43,989 nt of DNA, from positions 1 to 43,989 of the forward strand of contig JASFRZ010000002.1 in assembly GCA_050114655.1 (NCBI GenBank), read 5' to 3'. The position numbers were made by a program, and so were the translations under genes. Source of the stretch: Acidobacteriota bacterium (lineage in GTDB: Bacteria > Acidobacteriota > UBA890). Positions within the stretch are counted from its first letter, which is position 1, and each line of letters opens with the position of its first letter. Shown piece after piece: positions 19,047-33,369 of this stretch. Under the pieces are notes generated by a model. The model made no database searches, was not told where the DNA came from, and saw only the letters and a list, made by a program, of their open reading frames with translations.

Positions 19047-20429
19047 TCACCGCGTCTCGAGCCAGTCCAGCGGCTGGTCGGCGGGCAGGCGCACGACCTC
19101 GAACAGGCTGGCGATCAACTCGTCGTCGTCACCGGCGCGGTGCGGATTGAGAAACTCCCACACGATGTTGCCATCCGCATCGACCTCGAAGGCGCGACCA
19201 CGATCGGTCTCGGTGATGAGGGTGTCGCCGTTGCTCAACCGCTGATTGGAGCCGCAGGTGGCGGAGAAGAACTCCACCGCCGAATCGGTTGGGTACTCCC
19301 AGACCACCTGCTGGGTCAACGGATCGAACTCGACGACGCTCGAGCTCTGATCGGTAACGAAGTTGTCGAACAGCAGCATGTTGCCGTTGTCGAGCAAGGT
19401 CGGCTGATGCTGCTTGCGCGCCATGCCGCTGATCGCCCAGATCACCTCCTTCTTCTGCGTGTCGACAATGGCGATGACGTCGATCTCGCGCAGCGAGATC
19501 AGAGCGTTGCCGCGCGCGAAGATCGGCGCGCGATCGGCCTGGCTGCCGTCGAAGATCTCGAGGGTGTTGGTATGGAAGATGTCGCCGCGCTCGGCGATGC
19601 CGGACAGCAGCGGGCTGAAGCGCGAGCGCTCGAACGCCTCGAGCAGCGAGAAGCTTTCCACGACCTCACCATCGGGCGTCAACACGGTAATGAAGTCCTC
19701 GAGGATCGGCCACCCGGGGTTGATGCGCGGCACGATGTGCGCGTAGCGGGTCAATACGTGGATGAACCCCTCGTCGTCGACGAAGAAGTCGTGATGGGCG
19801 CCCGGTTCGTCGAGCAGCGACTCGGCGTCGTCGCGCGGGAAGCTCCACAGCAGGTTGGAGTCGCGATCGAGCTTGACCAGGCCGAAGCCCTCGAAGATCG
19901 CCAGCAGGTCGCCGTTGTCGAACATGTGCGCGCGGCGCCAGTAATCGACCTCGAAATAGCCGGGCCGATCATCGAAGCTCTCGGGCGGCCATACGTCATC
20001 GAACTCGTAGCTCCACGTGTGCAGCACGTTGCCGTCCATGTCCATCAGGATCGCTTCCGGCGCGTGCCCCGAGGTATAGAGGTTGAGCCCCGGCCAGGCG
20101 GCCTCGGGGACGTTGATCCTGACGCCGCCGGTGCCGGTGGCGAGGTCCGAGCCGCTCAGGTAGCCGATCGCCCGCAGACGCTCGATCTCGTCCTGCAGGT
20201 CCTCGCCCGGGGCCACGGAGACCGGATTCCAGCGGCCCGGTGGTCCGGTGACGCGCTCGGGCTGCGGGGGCGCGGTCCAGCGGCGAATCAGCGGGGCGGG
20301 AAACAGCCCGTTGCGGTGCGAGAAATAGCCGTAAACAAATCCTGCCGCCGCCACTGCGATCACCACCAGCGCCTGCACGAGCCGTCGTCGGCCCCCCACT
20401 CGCGCGCCGCCCTGCGATTGCCTAGCCAC
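19047..20429 (-). CDS. membrane-anchored beta-propeller protein, arylsulfotransferase (ASST)-like
   Basis: It has one N-terminal TM helix, 'LVQALVVIAVAAAGFVYGYF'. Repeated blade-like motifs follow: 'MDMDGNVLHTW', 'FDNGDLLAIF', 'HHDFFVDDEGFIHV', 'DIFHTNTLEIF', 'LLDNGNMLLFDN', 'LSNGDTLITE' and 'VDADGNIVWEF'. I prefer the GTG start at 20429, just inside the end of the upstream gene. The track start at 20564 would overlap that gene by 143 nt. Confidence 0.5.
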   Translation of the reverse strand: MARQSQGGARVGGRRRLVQALVVIAVAAAGFVYGYFSHRNGLFPAPLIRRWTAPPQPERVTGPPGRWNPVSVAPGEDLQDEIERLRAIGYLSGSDLATGTGGVRINVPEAAWPGLNLYTSGHAPEAILMDMDGNVLHTWSYEFDDVWPPESFDDRPGYFEVDYWRRAHMFDNGDLLAIFEGFGLVKLDRDSNLLWSFPRDDAESLLDEPGAHHDFFVDDEGFIHVLTRYAHIVPRINPGWPILEDFITVLTPDGEVVESFSLLEAFERSRFSPLLSGIAERGDIFHTNTLEIFDGSQADRAPIFARGNALISLREIDVIAIVDTQKKEVIWAISGMARKQHQPTLLDNGNMLLFDNFVTDQSSSVVEFDPLTQQVVWEYPTDSAVEFFSATCGSNQRLSNGDTLITETDRGRAFEVDADGNIVWEFLNPHRAGDDDELIASLFEVVRLPADQPLDWLETR

Positions 20430-21255
20430 TGCTTCTCCCGGACGTTGGTGATCCGCTCCTGCGAGACCATGCACGCAGGCGCAACCATTCCATTTCACAC
20501 GGCCTGCGCTCCCACAGCATCTCGACGACCTGCTGCGAACGCCAGCGCGGCGACTCGGGCGCATCGTCCACGGTACGCGGGCGCGACGTCACCGAGTCGA
20601 TCTCGTGGGTGTCGGCAAAGCGCTCGCGTAGCCGATCGCCGGTCCCGGGTACGATGAAGTCGTGCACCTCGACGATCATATCGGCGTCGCGCAGCACCGG
20701 CACGAGTTCGGGATCGATCACCTCGTTCTCGCCGCCCTCGATGTCGCACAGTACCAGCGGGTGGTGCGCCGTTTCGAGTGCGGCCCGCAGGGCAGCCGCA
20801 TCGCACTCACCGAGGATCTCGACGCGATCCGCCATACCGTTGAGCTGCATCAACTCGCCGATGAGCCGCTGGCGGGCAGGGTCAGTCTCGAAGGCAACGG
20901 CGCGCGCGTCGGGCAGGTGCATCAGCATGCAGGCGACGTAGTAGCCCTCGCCGGCGCCGATGTTGACCACCACGTCGACCCCGTCGGCGATGGCGTCCTG
21001 GAGAAACGGCTGGATCTCCTTCTCGTAGGTACCGAAGAGCTTGGGCGCCAGCGGGATGCCGCCGGCGTCGGCGACGAACTTCAGCCCACGGAAAGGCCCG
21101 GCAACGATCTTTCCCCCGGTCATGTGAAACGCGCGCCGCTCGCCTCGGCGTTGCTGCCAGCGGATCCAGGACAGACGCAGGTCGAGGATCGGCTGCGGCA
21201 GCAGCCGCTTGAGCGCCGACCTGGCCGTCACGCGCCGTCGCTCCGCGTGTCGCAC
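20422..21255 (-). CDS. class I SAM-dependent methyltransferase (FkbM-like)
   Basis: The glycine-rich SAM loop is 'VVVNIGAGEGYY', followed by 'AVAFETD' and 'LVLCDIEGGE'. The GTG start at 21255 lies 6 nt after the upstream stop. Confidence 0.65.
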   Translation of the reverse strand: MRHAERRRVTARSALKRLLPQPILDLRLSWIRWQQRRGERRAFHMTGGKIVAGPFRGLKFVADAGGIPLAPKLFGTYEKEIQPFLQDAIADGVDVVVNIGAGEGYYVACMLMHLPDARAVAFETDPARQRLIGELMQLNGMADRVEILGECDAAALRAALETAHHPLVLCDIEGGENEVIDPELVPVLRDADMIVEVHDFIVPGTGDRLRERFADTHEIDSVTSRPRTVDDAPESPRWRSQQVVEMLWERRPCEMEWLRLRAWSRRSGSPTSGRSSG

Positions 21256-21261
21256 ATGCGC

Positions 21262-22908
<1,647 letters not shown>

Positions 22909-23019
22909 GTGGGGCGAGGATAGCACCAGCCCTCCAAAGTGCACAGTTGCGGCGGAATCGTTAGAATTCGGTGGTTACGGCACCCGCCCGGATCGCACTG
23001 AACCACTGAGGTCGACGAC

Positions 23020-24339
<1,320 letters not shown>

Positions 24340-24355
24340 CCGGGGCAAGGAGCGG

Positions 24356-25126
24356 ATGCTCGACCAGTTCACCTACGCGGAATATGCCGACCTGCTGGCG
24401 CGGCTGCGCCACGGGCGGGTGAACCTCTGCTTCGCTGACTTCGCCGACGGCGGCGGACCAGGCGACGAGGAGCCCTTCTTCCTGCTGCGCCACGACATCG
24501 ACCTGTCGATCGAGGCGGCGCTGGAGATGGCGCGGCGTGAAGCCGAGATGGAGGTGCGCGCGACGTACTTCCTGCTGCTGAGCTGCGAGCACTACAACCT
24601 GCTGGCCGAGGAGCACGCCGGCGCGGCGCGCGAGCTCGTCGGCATGGGCCACGAGGTCGGCCTGCACTACGACGTGCGCGCGATCGCGCGACGCAGCGAC
24701 GACCCGGCGTCGCAGCTCCGCCTCGAGGCCGATCTGCTGTCGGCGCTCGCCGGCGCTCCGGTTCGGTCGATCGCCATGCACCTGCCGGGCCTGCACGGCG
24801 AGGATCCGTTCGCCGGCGGCACCGAGTTCGTCAACGCCTACGACAGCCGCTTTACCGACGAGATCGCCTACTTTTCCGATTCCTGCGGGGCCTGGCGGGA
24901 CAACGCTGTCGAAGCCCTCGAGTCCGATGAGTTGCCACCGCGCTTGCAGTTGCTGACCCATCCCTTCTACTGGCGCACGCAGCCCGGTGATCGCTGGGAG
25001 CGGCTCGACCGCTGGGGAACGGCGCTGCGACGTCGGATCGAGGGGATCGAGGAGCGCATCCGCCGCGTCTGGAACGCCCACGACGGAGCGCGCGAGCACG
25101 ATGAAAGGATCCGTCGGCGTTCCTGA
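24356..25126 (+). CDS. putative polysaccharide deacetylase-fold (NodB/CE4-like) protein
   Basis: 'FFLLRHDIDLS' and 'GHEVGLHYD' resemble the metal-binding Asp and His motifs of the deacetylase fold. It is 256 aa with no signal peptide. The assignment is weak. Confidence 0.4.
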   Translation: MLDQFTYAEYADLLARLRHGRVNLCFADFADGGGPGDEEPFFLLRHDIDLSIEAALEMARREAEMEVRATYFLLLSCEHYNLLAEEHAGAARELVGMGHEVGLHYDVRAIARRSDDPASQLRLEADLLSALAGAPVRSIAMHLPGLHGEDPFAGGTEFVNAYDSRFTDEIAYFSDSCGAWRDNAVEALESDELPPRLQLLTHPFYWRTQPGDRWERLDRWGTALRRRIEGIEERIRRVWNAHDGAREHDERIRRRS

Positions 25127-25218
25127 CGAACCCCTGCCAGCAACAGGCTGCCCTGCTAGACTAGCCGCGATTCTCCATCAGGAGTCCCAGGCGCACGAAT
25201 ACGCTACCGGAGGCCGAA

Positions 25219-25890
25219 ATGAAGTTCTTTCTCGATACCGCGAACGTCGACGAGATTCGCGAGGCCGCCAGCCTCGGGCTCATCGATGGCGTGACGACCA
25301 ACCCCTCACTGGTCGCCAAGGAAGGCCGCCCCTTCGAGGATCTCATCCAGGAGATCTGTGACATCGTGCAGGGTCCGGTGAGCGCCGAGGTGGTCGCCAC
25401 CGAAACCGATGCGATGATCACGGAAGGGCGCCGCCTGGCGTCGATCAACGAGCACGTGGTGGTCAAGTGCCCGCTGACCCGCGACGGCCTCAAGGCCACG
25501 CGCGCGCTGTCCGACGACGACATCCGCGTCAACGTCACGCTCTGCTTTTCACCTACCCAGGCGCTGCTCGCCGCCAAGGCCGGCGCGGCGTACATCTCGC
25601 CCTTCGTCGGCCGCCTCGACGACATCAGCGAAGACGGCATGGCGCTGGTCCAGCAGGTGCTGACGATCTACGAGAACTACGGCTTCGCCACCGAGGTGCT
25701 GGTCGCCTCGGTGCGCCATCCCAAGCACATGGTCGAGGCCGCCCTGATGGGCGCCGACGTGGCGACGCTTCCCTATAAGGTGTTCGACGCCATGTTCAAC
25801 CACCCGCTTACCGACAAGGGGCTCGCCGCCTTCCTCGCCGACTGGGAAAAGGCGCGCGACACCGTGGCGCCGGAAGCCGTCAAGGCCTGA
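25219..25890 (+). CDS. tal: short-type transaldolase / fructose-6-phosphate aldolase
   Basis: It contains '[16 protein letters not shown]...GVTTNPSL', 'VVVKCP' (the Schiff-base Lys region) and '[11 protein letters not shown]'. SD 'GGAGG' lies 6 nt upstream of the ATG. Confidence 0.9.
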   Translation: MKFFLDTANVDEIREAASLGLIDGVTTNPSLVAKEGRPFEDLIQEICDIVQGPVSAEVVATETDAMITEGRRLASINEHVVVKCPLTRDGLKATRALSDDDIRVNVTLCFSPTQALLAAKAGAAYISPFVGRLDDISEDGMALVQQVLTIYENYGFATEVLVASVRHPKHMVEAALMGADVATLPYKVFDAMFNHPLTDKGLAAFLADWEKARDTVAPEAVKA

Positions 25891-25891
25891 G

Positions 25892-27435
<1,544 letters not shown>

Positions 27436-27439
<4 letters not shown>

Positions 27440-29124
27440 GCAATGCAAAACCCGCTGCACCGAAGGCCCGCCCCCGAGCTGCCCGCGGTGCTTCCGACGG
27501 CGTCGTGCTGGCCACAATCGTGGTCGCCACCATCCTGTTCCTGTGTGTGGCCGGCTACCCACGGCAGTGGTCGCAGGGGCTGCGCATCAACGACGAGTTC
27601 TGGTACGCCCAGCTGACCCGCAACCTCTACGAGGGCAACGGCTACGTCAGCAGCGTCATCTATCCGATCCAGGCGCGGCACGTCGACGGGTTCCCGGTTC
27701 CGCCGCCGATGAAGCAGCCGGGCATGCAGCTGGTAACCGCCGCAGTGTGGCTACTCACCGGCGAGAGCGTCCACGCGATGCTCGCCGTCGCGCTTGCCGG
27801 GATGGCGCTGTTCGCCGCCGCCATCTACCTCCTCGCCCGGCGCCTCGACTGGAGCCCGGGTGCATCGGCGTTCGTCGTCGGCGCCACCATCGCTCACCCG
27901 GTGATGGCGCAGTACGGCTTCCAGGCGCTGCCAGAGTCCCTCTATTACGCCTGCTTCACTTTCACGGTGCTCTTCATCCTGCGCGGCGGCACCACCGACC
28001 TGATCGTCGCCGGCGCCCTCAACGCGGCGTTGATGCTCATCAAGGGGCACGGGCTCATCTACATCCCGGTGTTCGCAGCGTTCATCTGGTTGCGCAACGC
28101 GCCGAGCCTCCGGGCGGCGCTGCGTCCGAGCGGCGCCAAGCTGCGGGCGGTCGGCACCTACCTCGGCGCCGGCTTCGCCGCGCTGCTCATCCTCTGGGTA
28201 GTGCTGCCGTCCGGCTCGGTGCAGATCTTCGAGGCCGGCGGCACCTATTCTCACGGCGCCCTGATCGAAGTCGGGCGGCGCACCTCGGAGCTCCCTTATC
28301 TCAGCGTCGATCCACCCGACGTGTGGGCCTACATCTCAGCGCACCCCGAGCAGTACCTCGGCAAGGTCGCGCGCATGATCAAGCGCACCAAGATGATGTG
28401 CGACGCGCTCTCCGGACCGGCGCTCGGGGGGATCCTCTTCCCGGCGCTGGTGCTGTCCTTCCTGTTGCTCGGGGCCAATGCGCTGCGCCCTGGCAGGTTT
28501 CTACCCAACGACCGTCCACGCGCCGAGCCGGAGCCCTACCTGCTGTTCGCCGCCTGCGTCGGCTGGGCGCTGCTGGCCTTCTGGCCGCTGTTCATGACCG
28601 CGCGGCTCTTCATGCACCTGCTGCCCTGCATGCTGCTGCTGTGCATGTACGTCGCCGGTCGCATCATCCCCACGCGGGAGCGCGCCGACGGCGCCTTACG
28701 CGCTCTGCTGGTGGCGGCGGCGGTCGCCTACTTCGTCGGCTTTCCCGCCACCGCGACGCTCTGGGACTCGTATCGCGAGCCCGACAAGCTGCTCGGCTCG
28801 ATGCTCGCAGTGCGCCACCTCGACTACGGCGAGATGGCGGCCAACGTCGAGAACGATCTGCCCCCGGACGCGGTGGTAGTCTCCGACATGCCGCACGAGA
28901 TCGTCTGGCTCACACGGCGCAACGCCATTGCGTTTCCCAATGCCGAGGAAGATCTCGAGTACCTCATCAACAAGTTCGACGTCGACGCGATCTACGAACA
29001 TCCCCTACTGCGCCGTGACTGGCCGCTGATCCTGCAGGAGTTCAGGCTCGTCAACGACGAGAACGGTTTCCTCTGGGTCCGCCGACGCGACGGCGACCGG
29101 ACCGGGGCGGGAGCGAACGGGTGA
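27436..29124 (+). CDS. GT-C-fold polytopic glycosyltransferase-like membrane protein (ArnT/PMT_2-like)
   Basis: This is a 562-aa protein. The first TM helix is followed by 'NDEFWYAQLTRNLYEGNGY'. It has many hydrophobic segments and a soluble C-terminal ~120 aa. The GTG start overlaps the pccB stop (GTGA at 27436-27439). Confidence 0.6.
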
Positions 29125-30086
29125 TCGAAGGCAAGAAAGTGTTCATCACCGGCGGAGCCGGTTTCATCGGCTCGACGCTGGCCGGAGCGTTGCACGAACG
29201 CAACGAGATCGTCATCTACGACAACTTCAGCCGCGACTCACTACGCTACCGATCTTTCAAGGACCACCCGAACCTGACCATCATCGAGGGCAATGTGCTC
29301 GACTACGAGCACGTCCTGGATTCGATCCAGGGCGCCGACATCGTCGTGCACTGCGCCGCGATCGCCGGCATCGACAGCGTGCTGGAGAACCCCGTCACCA
29401 CGATGCGCGTCAACATGCTCGGCTCGGCGAACGTGCTCGAAGCGGCCTCCAGGCTGGAGCGCTGCGATCGCGTGGTTTGCTTCTCTACCAGCGAGGTCTT
29501 TGGGCAGCGCGCGTTTCGCTCCGACGAAGCCGACGCCGCGGTGCTCGGTGCGCTGGGTGAGGCGCGCTGGACCTACGCCGTTGCCAAGCTGTCCGAGGAG
29601 CACCTGGCACTTGCCTATCACAAGCAGTTCGGCATGCCGACAACGGTGGTACGGCCGTTCAACATCTACGGTCCTGGCCAGGTCGGCCAGGGCGCCCTGC
29701 GCACCTTCATCCTGCGCGCGATCAAGGACGAGCCCATCGACATCCACGGCGACGGCACGCAGATCCGTGCCTGGTGCTACGTCGACGACATGGTGGACGG
29801 GACGCTGATCACCATGGAGCATACCGCCGCGGTCGGCGAATCGTTCAACATCGGCAACCAGCGTGCAGTGGTCACCATCTACGGCCTCGCCAGCGCGGTG
29901 GTTCGGGTGCTCGGCTCGAAGTCGGAAATCCGCTTCACCCGCAAGGACTACGCCGACGTCGAGCTGCGCATCCCGTCGGTGAGAAAGGCGCGCGAGCTGA
30001 TCGGTTTCGAAGCCAAGGTCGATCTCGAGGAGGGCATTCGTCGCACCGCCGACTATTACCGCGAGCACGGCCAGCAGCCGTCATGA
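29121..30086 (+). CDS. NAD-dependent sugar-nucleotide epimerase/dehydratase (extended SDR)
   Basis: It has the Rossmann motif 'ITGGAGFIGS', the catalytic 'STSEV' and 'YAVAKLSEE' (YxxxK), and 'RPFNIYGPG'. The GTG start overlaps the upstream stop (GTGA at 29121-29124). Confidence 0.85.
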   Translation: MIEGKKVFITGGAGFIGSTLAGALHERNEIVIYDNFSRDSLRYRSFKDHPNLTIIEGNVLDYEHVLDSIQGADIVVHCAAIAGIDSVLENPVTTMRVNMLGSANVLEAASRLERCDRVVCFSTSEVFGQRAFRSDEADAAVLGALGEARWTYAVAKLSEEHLALAYHKQFGMPTTVVRPFNIYGPGQVGQGALRTFILRAIKDEPIDIHGDGTQIRAWCYVDDMVDGTLITMEHTAAVGESFNIGNQRAVVTIYGLASAVVRVLGSKSEIRFTRKDYADVELRIPSVRKARELIGFEAKVDLEEGIRRTADYYREHGQQPS

Positions 30087-31204
30087 TCAGGCTGGCGGCG
30101 CCTGAGATCCCCGAAGAAGCGCTCGAGTCCGTACGCGAGGTGCTCGAGTCGGGCTGGTTCGTGCAGGGCAAGCACGTCGCCGCGTTCGAACGCGCGGTGG
30201 CGAACTTCGCCGGCATCGAGCACGCCGTCGCCGTCACCAGCGGAACGGCGGCACTGCACGTCGCGCTGCTGGCCATGGGCATCGGCGCGGGGGACGAGGT
30301 CGCGGTATCCGCGTACTCCTACCCGGCGTCGGCCAACGTCATCGAGCTGTGCGGCGCCCGACCGCTGTTCGTCGACATCGACCCGCGCACTTTCAACATG
30401 GATCCGGGTCGCCTCGAGGCATGCCTGCACGGCCGCGCGCCCGCGCCGGCGGCGATCATCGTGGTGCACGCCTTCGGCCAGATGGCCGACCTCGACGCCA
30501 TCGGCGAGGTCGCGGCGGGCCACGGCGTACCGCTGATCGAGGACGCCGCCTGCGCGCTGGGCGCGACCTGGTCGAACCGGCCACCCGGCGCGAACACGCG
30601 TGTCGCATGCTTCAGCTTCCACCCGCGCAAGGCCATCACCACCGGAGAGGGCGGCATGCTGGTGACCGCCGATGGGCAGCTCGCCGCTGCCGCGCGCGCG
30701 CTGCGCAACCACGGGCTGGCGCCCGACGCGCCGTCGCCCGATTTCATCCTGCCGGGCTTCAATTACCGCATGACCGAGTTCCAGGCGGTGCTCGGCAGCA
30801 GCGCGCTGCGGCGCCTGCCGGCCAGCATCGTCACGCGACGCGCGCTGGCGGCGCGCTACGACGACCTGCTCGCCGACATGGTCGAGGTACCGCTGGTTCC
30901 GCCGCAGAGCGGTCACGTGTACCAGTCGTACGTCGTGCTGCTTCCGGCGCAGCTCGCGGAGCACCGCGCGGAGATCATCGCCGCGCTCGCCGAGCACGGC
31001 GTGGAGAGCACCATCGGCACCTGGGCGATCCCCAACACGACCTTCTATCGCGAACACTACGGCTACGGCCCCGACAGCTTCCCGGTCACCACCGAGATCT
31101 TCCGACGCTCGCTGTCGCTACCGCTGCACGACAAGATCAGTGAACAGGACCAGCGCCAGGTGGCGGCGGCGCTGGCGCTGGTGCTCGAAAGTTTCGACCC
31201 GTAG
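30083..31204 (+). CDS. DegT/DnrJ/EryC1/StrS-family sugar aminotransferase (PLP-dependent)
   Basis: It contains 'VTSGTAALHVAL', 'IEDAACALGA' and 'FSFHPRKAITTGEGG' (the PLP-lysine motif). The ATG overlaps the SDR stop (ATGA at 30083-30086). Confidence 0.9.
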   Translation: MIRLAAPEIPEEALESVREVLESGWFVQGKHVAAFERAVANFAGIEHAVAVTSGTAALHVALLAMGIGAGDEVAVSAYSYPASANVIELCGARPLFVDIDPRTFNMDPGRLEACLHGRAPAPAAIIVVHAFGQMADLDAIGEVAAGHGVPLIEDAACALGATWSNRPPGANTRVACFSFHPRKAITTGEGGMLVTADGQLAAAARALRNHGLAPDAPSPDFILPGFNYRMTEFQAVLGSSALRRLPASIVTRRALAARYDDLLADMVEVPLVPPQSGHVYQSYVVLLPAQLAEHRAEIIAALAEHGVESTIGTWAIPNTTFYREHYGYGPDSFPVTTEIFRRSLSLPLHDKISEQDQRQVAAALALVLESFDP

Positions 31205-31298
31205 ACCGCTGAGTCGCGCGCGGGGGAATCGGCTGCTCGCCGCACCACCCGTGGACGACGACGTGGCGGCCAACCCGACCCCAAGCTACGCTCTATTG

Positions 31299-32825
31299 AT
31301 GGCAGAACGCACGATCCGGCGCATCCTGGTGGCCAATCGCGGGGAAATTGCGGTGCGGGTGATCCGCGCTTGCCGCGACCTCGGCCTGGAGTCCGTAGCG
31401 ATCTACTCCGATGCCGATCGCGACGCCCTGCACGTGCGCTTCGCCACCCGTGCCTACCCGGTCGGCCCGGCGCCGGCGACCGAGTCCTATCTCGACATCG
31501 ATCGCGTCCTCGATGTCGCCCGCGACGCCGAGGTGGACGCCGTCCACCCGGGCTACGGGTTCCTGTCGGAGAACCCCGAGTTCGCCCGTCGCTGCGAGGA
31601 GGCGGGACTGATCTTCATCGGCCCGACCGCCGAGTGCATGGCGCTGGTCGGCGACAAAGCACACGCCCGTCAAGCCGCAATGGAGGCGGGCGTGCCGGTC
31701 GTTCCGGGCACCCCTGAGCCGGTCGATAGCACGGGCGAAGCTGCACGGATCGCCACCGAGCTCGGCTATCCGATCATGATCAAGGCGGCGGCCGGTGGCG
31801 GCGGCAAGGGCATGCGCCTGGTCAGCGCCCAAACCGATCTGGAGCGCGCGTTCGTCACCGCGGGCAGCGAGGCGCGCTCGGCGTTCGGCGACGGCCGCGT
31901 CTACATCGAGAAGGCGATCGTCGCGCCGCGCCACATCGAGATCCAGGTCCTCGCCGACGAGTACGGCAACCAGGTGTATCTCGGAGAGCGCGAGTGCACC
32001 CTGCAGCGACGGCACCAGAAGGTCCTCGAGGAGGCACCCTCGCCGGTGATGAACCCGGAGCTGCGGGAGCGTATGGGCGAGGCCGCGCTGGCCGTCGCGG
32101 CACGCGCCGGCTACACCAACGCCGGCACCGTCGAGTTTCTGGTCGATGCTGACCACAACTTCTACTTCATCGAGGTCAACGCGCGTCTACAGGTCGAGCA
32201 CCCGGTCACCGAGCTGCTCACCGGCGTCGACCTGGTCGCCGAGCAGATCGCCCTGGCCGAGGGCGCCGAGCTGTCGCTGCGACAGCAGGATGTGCGACTG
32301 CACGGCCATGCCATCGAGTGCCGCATCTACGCCGAGGACCCGGACAACAACTTCGCGCCCTCGCCCGGCATCGTCGAGGAGCTGCGCATCCCCGGGGGCC
32401 CGGGGATCCGCGACGATTCCTGCCTGTTCAAGGGCTACGAGGTGCCGATCCACTACGACCCCATCGTCGGCAAGCTGATCGCCTGGGGCACCGACCGACC
32501 GGCGGCCATACGCCGACTGCAACGGGCGCTCGAGGAGTACAAGGTGCAGGGCATCGCCACCACCATCCCGTTGTTCCAACGCGTGCTCGCCGACGAGGAC
32601 TTCCGCAACGCCGACTTCGACACCGGCTACCTCGACCGCCTGCTGCACAACGAGACACTGGGCAAGGAAGCGGCGCTCGATGACGACGTCGCCGAAGCGG
32701 CCCGCCTCGCCGCCGCCCTGCATGTATTCCTCACCGGAGAAGCGCGTGCCTATCGGCCGCCTTCGAGCTCTGCCTCACCGTGGAAGCTGGCGGGACGGGC
32801 CGCCGGCCTCAACGGCGACACCTGA
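31299..32825 (+). CDS. accC: biotin carboxylase subunit of an acyl-CoA carboxylase
   Basis: It contains 'RILVANRGEIAVRVIRA', 'HPGYGFLSEN', 'MIKAAAGGGGKGMR', 'EKAIVAPRHIEIQVL' and 'EVNARLQVEHPVTE'. I take the start at ATG 31299. Confidence 0.95.
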   Translation: MAERTIRRILVANRGEIAVRVIRACRDLGLESVAIYSDADRDALHVRFATRAYPVGPAPATESYLDIDRVLDVARDAEVDAVHPGYGFLSENPEFARRCEEAGLIFIGPTAECMALVGDKAHARQAAMEAGVPVVPGTPEPVDSTGEAARIATELGYPIMIKAAAGGGGKGMRLVSAQTDLERAFVTAGSEARSAFGDGRVYIEKAIVAPRHIEIQVLADEYGNQVYLGERECTLQRRHQKVLEEAPSPVMNPELRERMGEAALAVAARAGYTNAGTVEFLVDADHNFYFIEVNARLQVEHPVTELLTGVDLVAEQIALAEGAELSLRQQDVRLHGHAIECRIYAEDPDNNFAPSPGIVEELRIPGGPGIRDDSCLFKGYEVPIHYDPIVGKLIAWGTDRPAAIRRLQRALEEYKVQGIATTIPLFQRVLADEDFRNADFDTGYLDRLLHNETLGKEAALDDDVAEAARLAAALHVFLTGEARAYRPPSSSASPWKLAGRAAGLNGDT

Positions 32826-32838
32826 ACGGAGCGAGGCC

Positions 32839-33369
32839 TTGATCGTTGAAGTCAGCATCGGGGACGAGCGACCGCGTCGCTATCAGGTGCGCCGCCGCGG
32901 CGAGCAGATGGTAGTGCATCGCCTCGAAGACACCGACGACAACGGCGCCCGGCCGATCGAGGAGAAGCTGATCGACTGGCGCCGGCCACAGCCGGGGATC
33001 TACTCGCTGCTGATCGACAACCGCTCCTATGAGGTATTCGTCGACGAGCAACCCGACGGACTCGACGTTCACCTGGTCAAGCGCACTTTCCGGATACGCG
33101 CCGCCGACGTGCGCAGCCACCGGCGGGCGAGTGACGCCGGCGGCGCCGTCGACGGGGTCGTGCGGATCACCGCGCCCATCCCCGGCCGCGTCTCCCGTGT
33201 TCTGGTCGAGCCCGGACAGCAAGTGGCGCGCGGTGACGGGGTGATCGTCGTCGAAGCGATGAAAATGGAAAACGAGCTGCGCGCGCCGCGTGACGGCGTG
33301 ATCAGCGCCGTCGAAGTGGTCGAGGGCCAGGGCGTGGAAGGCGGGGCGTTGCTGGCGACCATCGAATGA
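32839..33369 (+). CDS. biotin carboxyl carrier protein with an N-terminal extra domain (BT-like + biotinyl domain)
   Basis: The C-terminal biotinyl domain is 'ITAPIPGRVSRVLVEPGQQVARGDGVIVVEAMKMENEL' (AMKM biotinylation motif). I prefer the TTG start at 32839, preceded by 'GGAGCGAGG'. The track ORF start at 32680 lies inside accC. Confidence 0.75.
   Translation: MIVEVSIGDERPRRYQVRRRGEQMVVHRLEDTDDNGARPIEEKLIDWRRPQPGIYSLLIDNRSYEVFVDEQPDGLDVHLVKRTFRIRAADVRSHRRASDAGGAVDGVVRITAPIPGRVSRVLVEPGQQVARGDGVIVVEAMKMENELRAPRDGVISAVEVVEGQGVEGGALLATIE

Noticed and set aside
22909-23019. Possible riboswitch (ZTP/THF type) or strong promoter in the glyA leader. There is a 'TAGAAT' hexamer and a GGTGGTT...AACCAC stem.
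   Set aside because: The region downstream of the putative -10 is only ~50 nt, too short for those riboswitch folds. I could not find their conserved core sequences. The -35 match is poor, so no feature is called.
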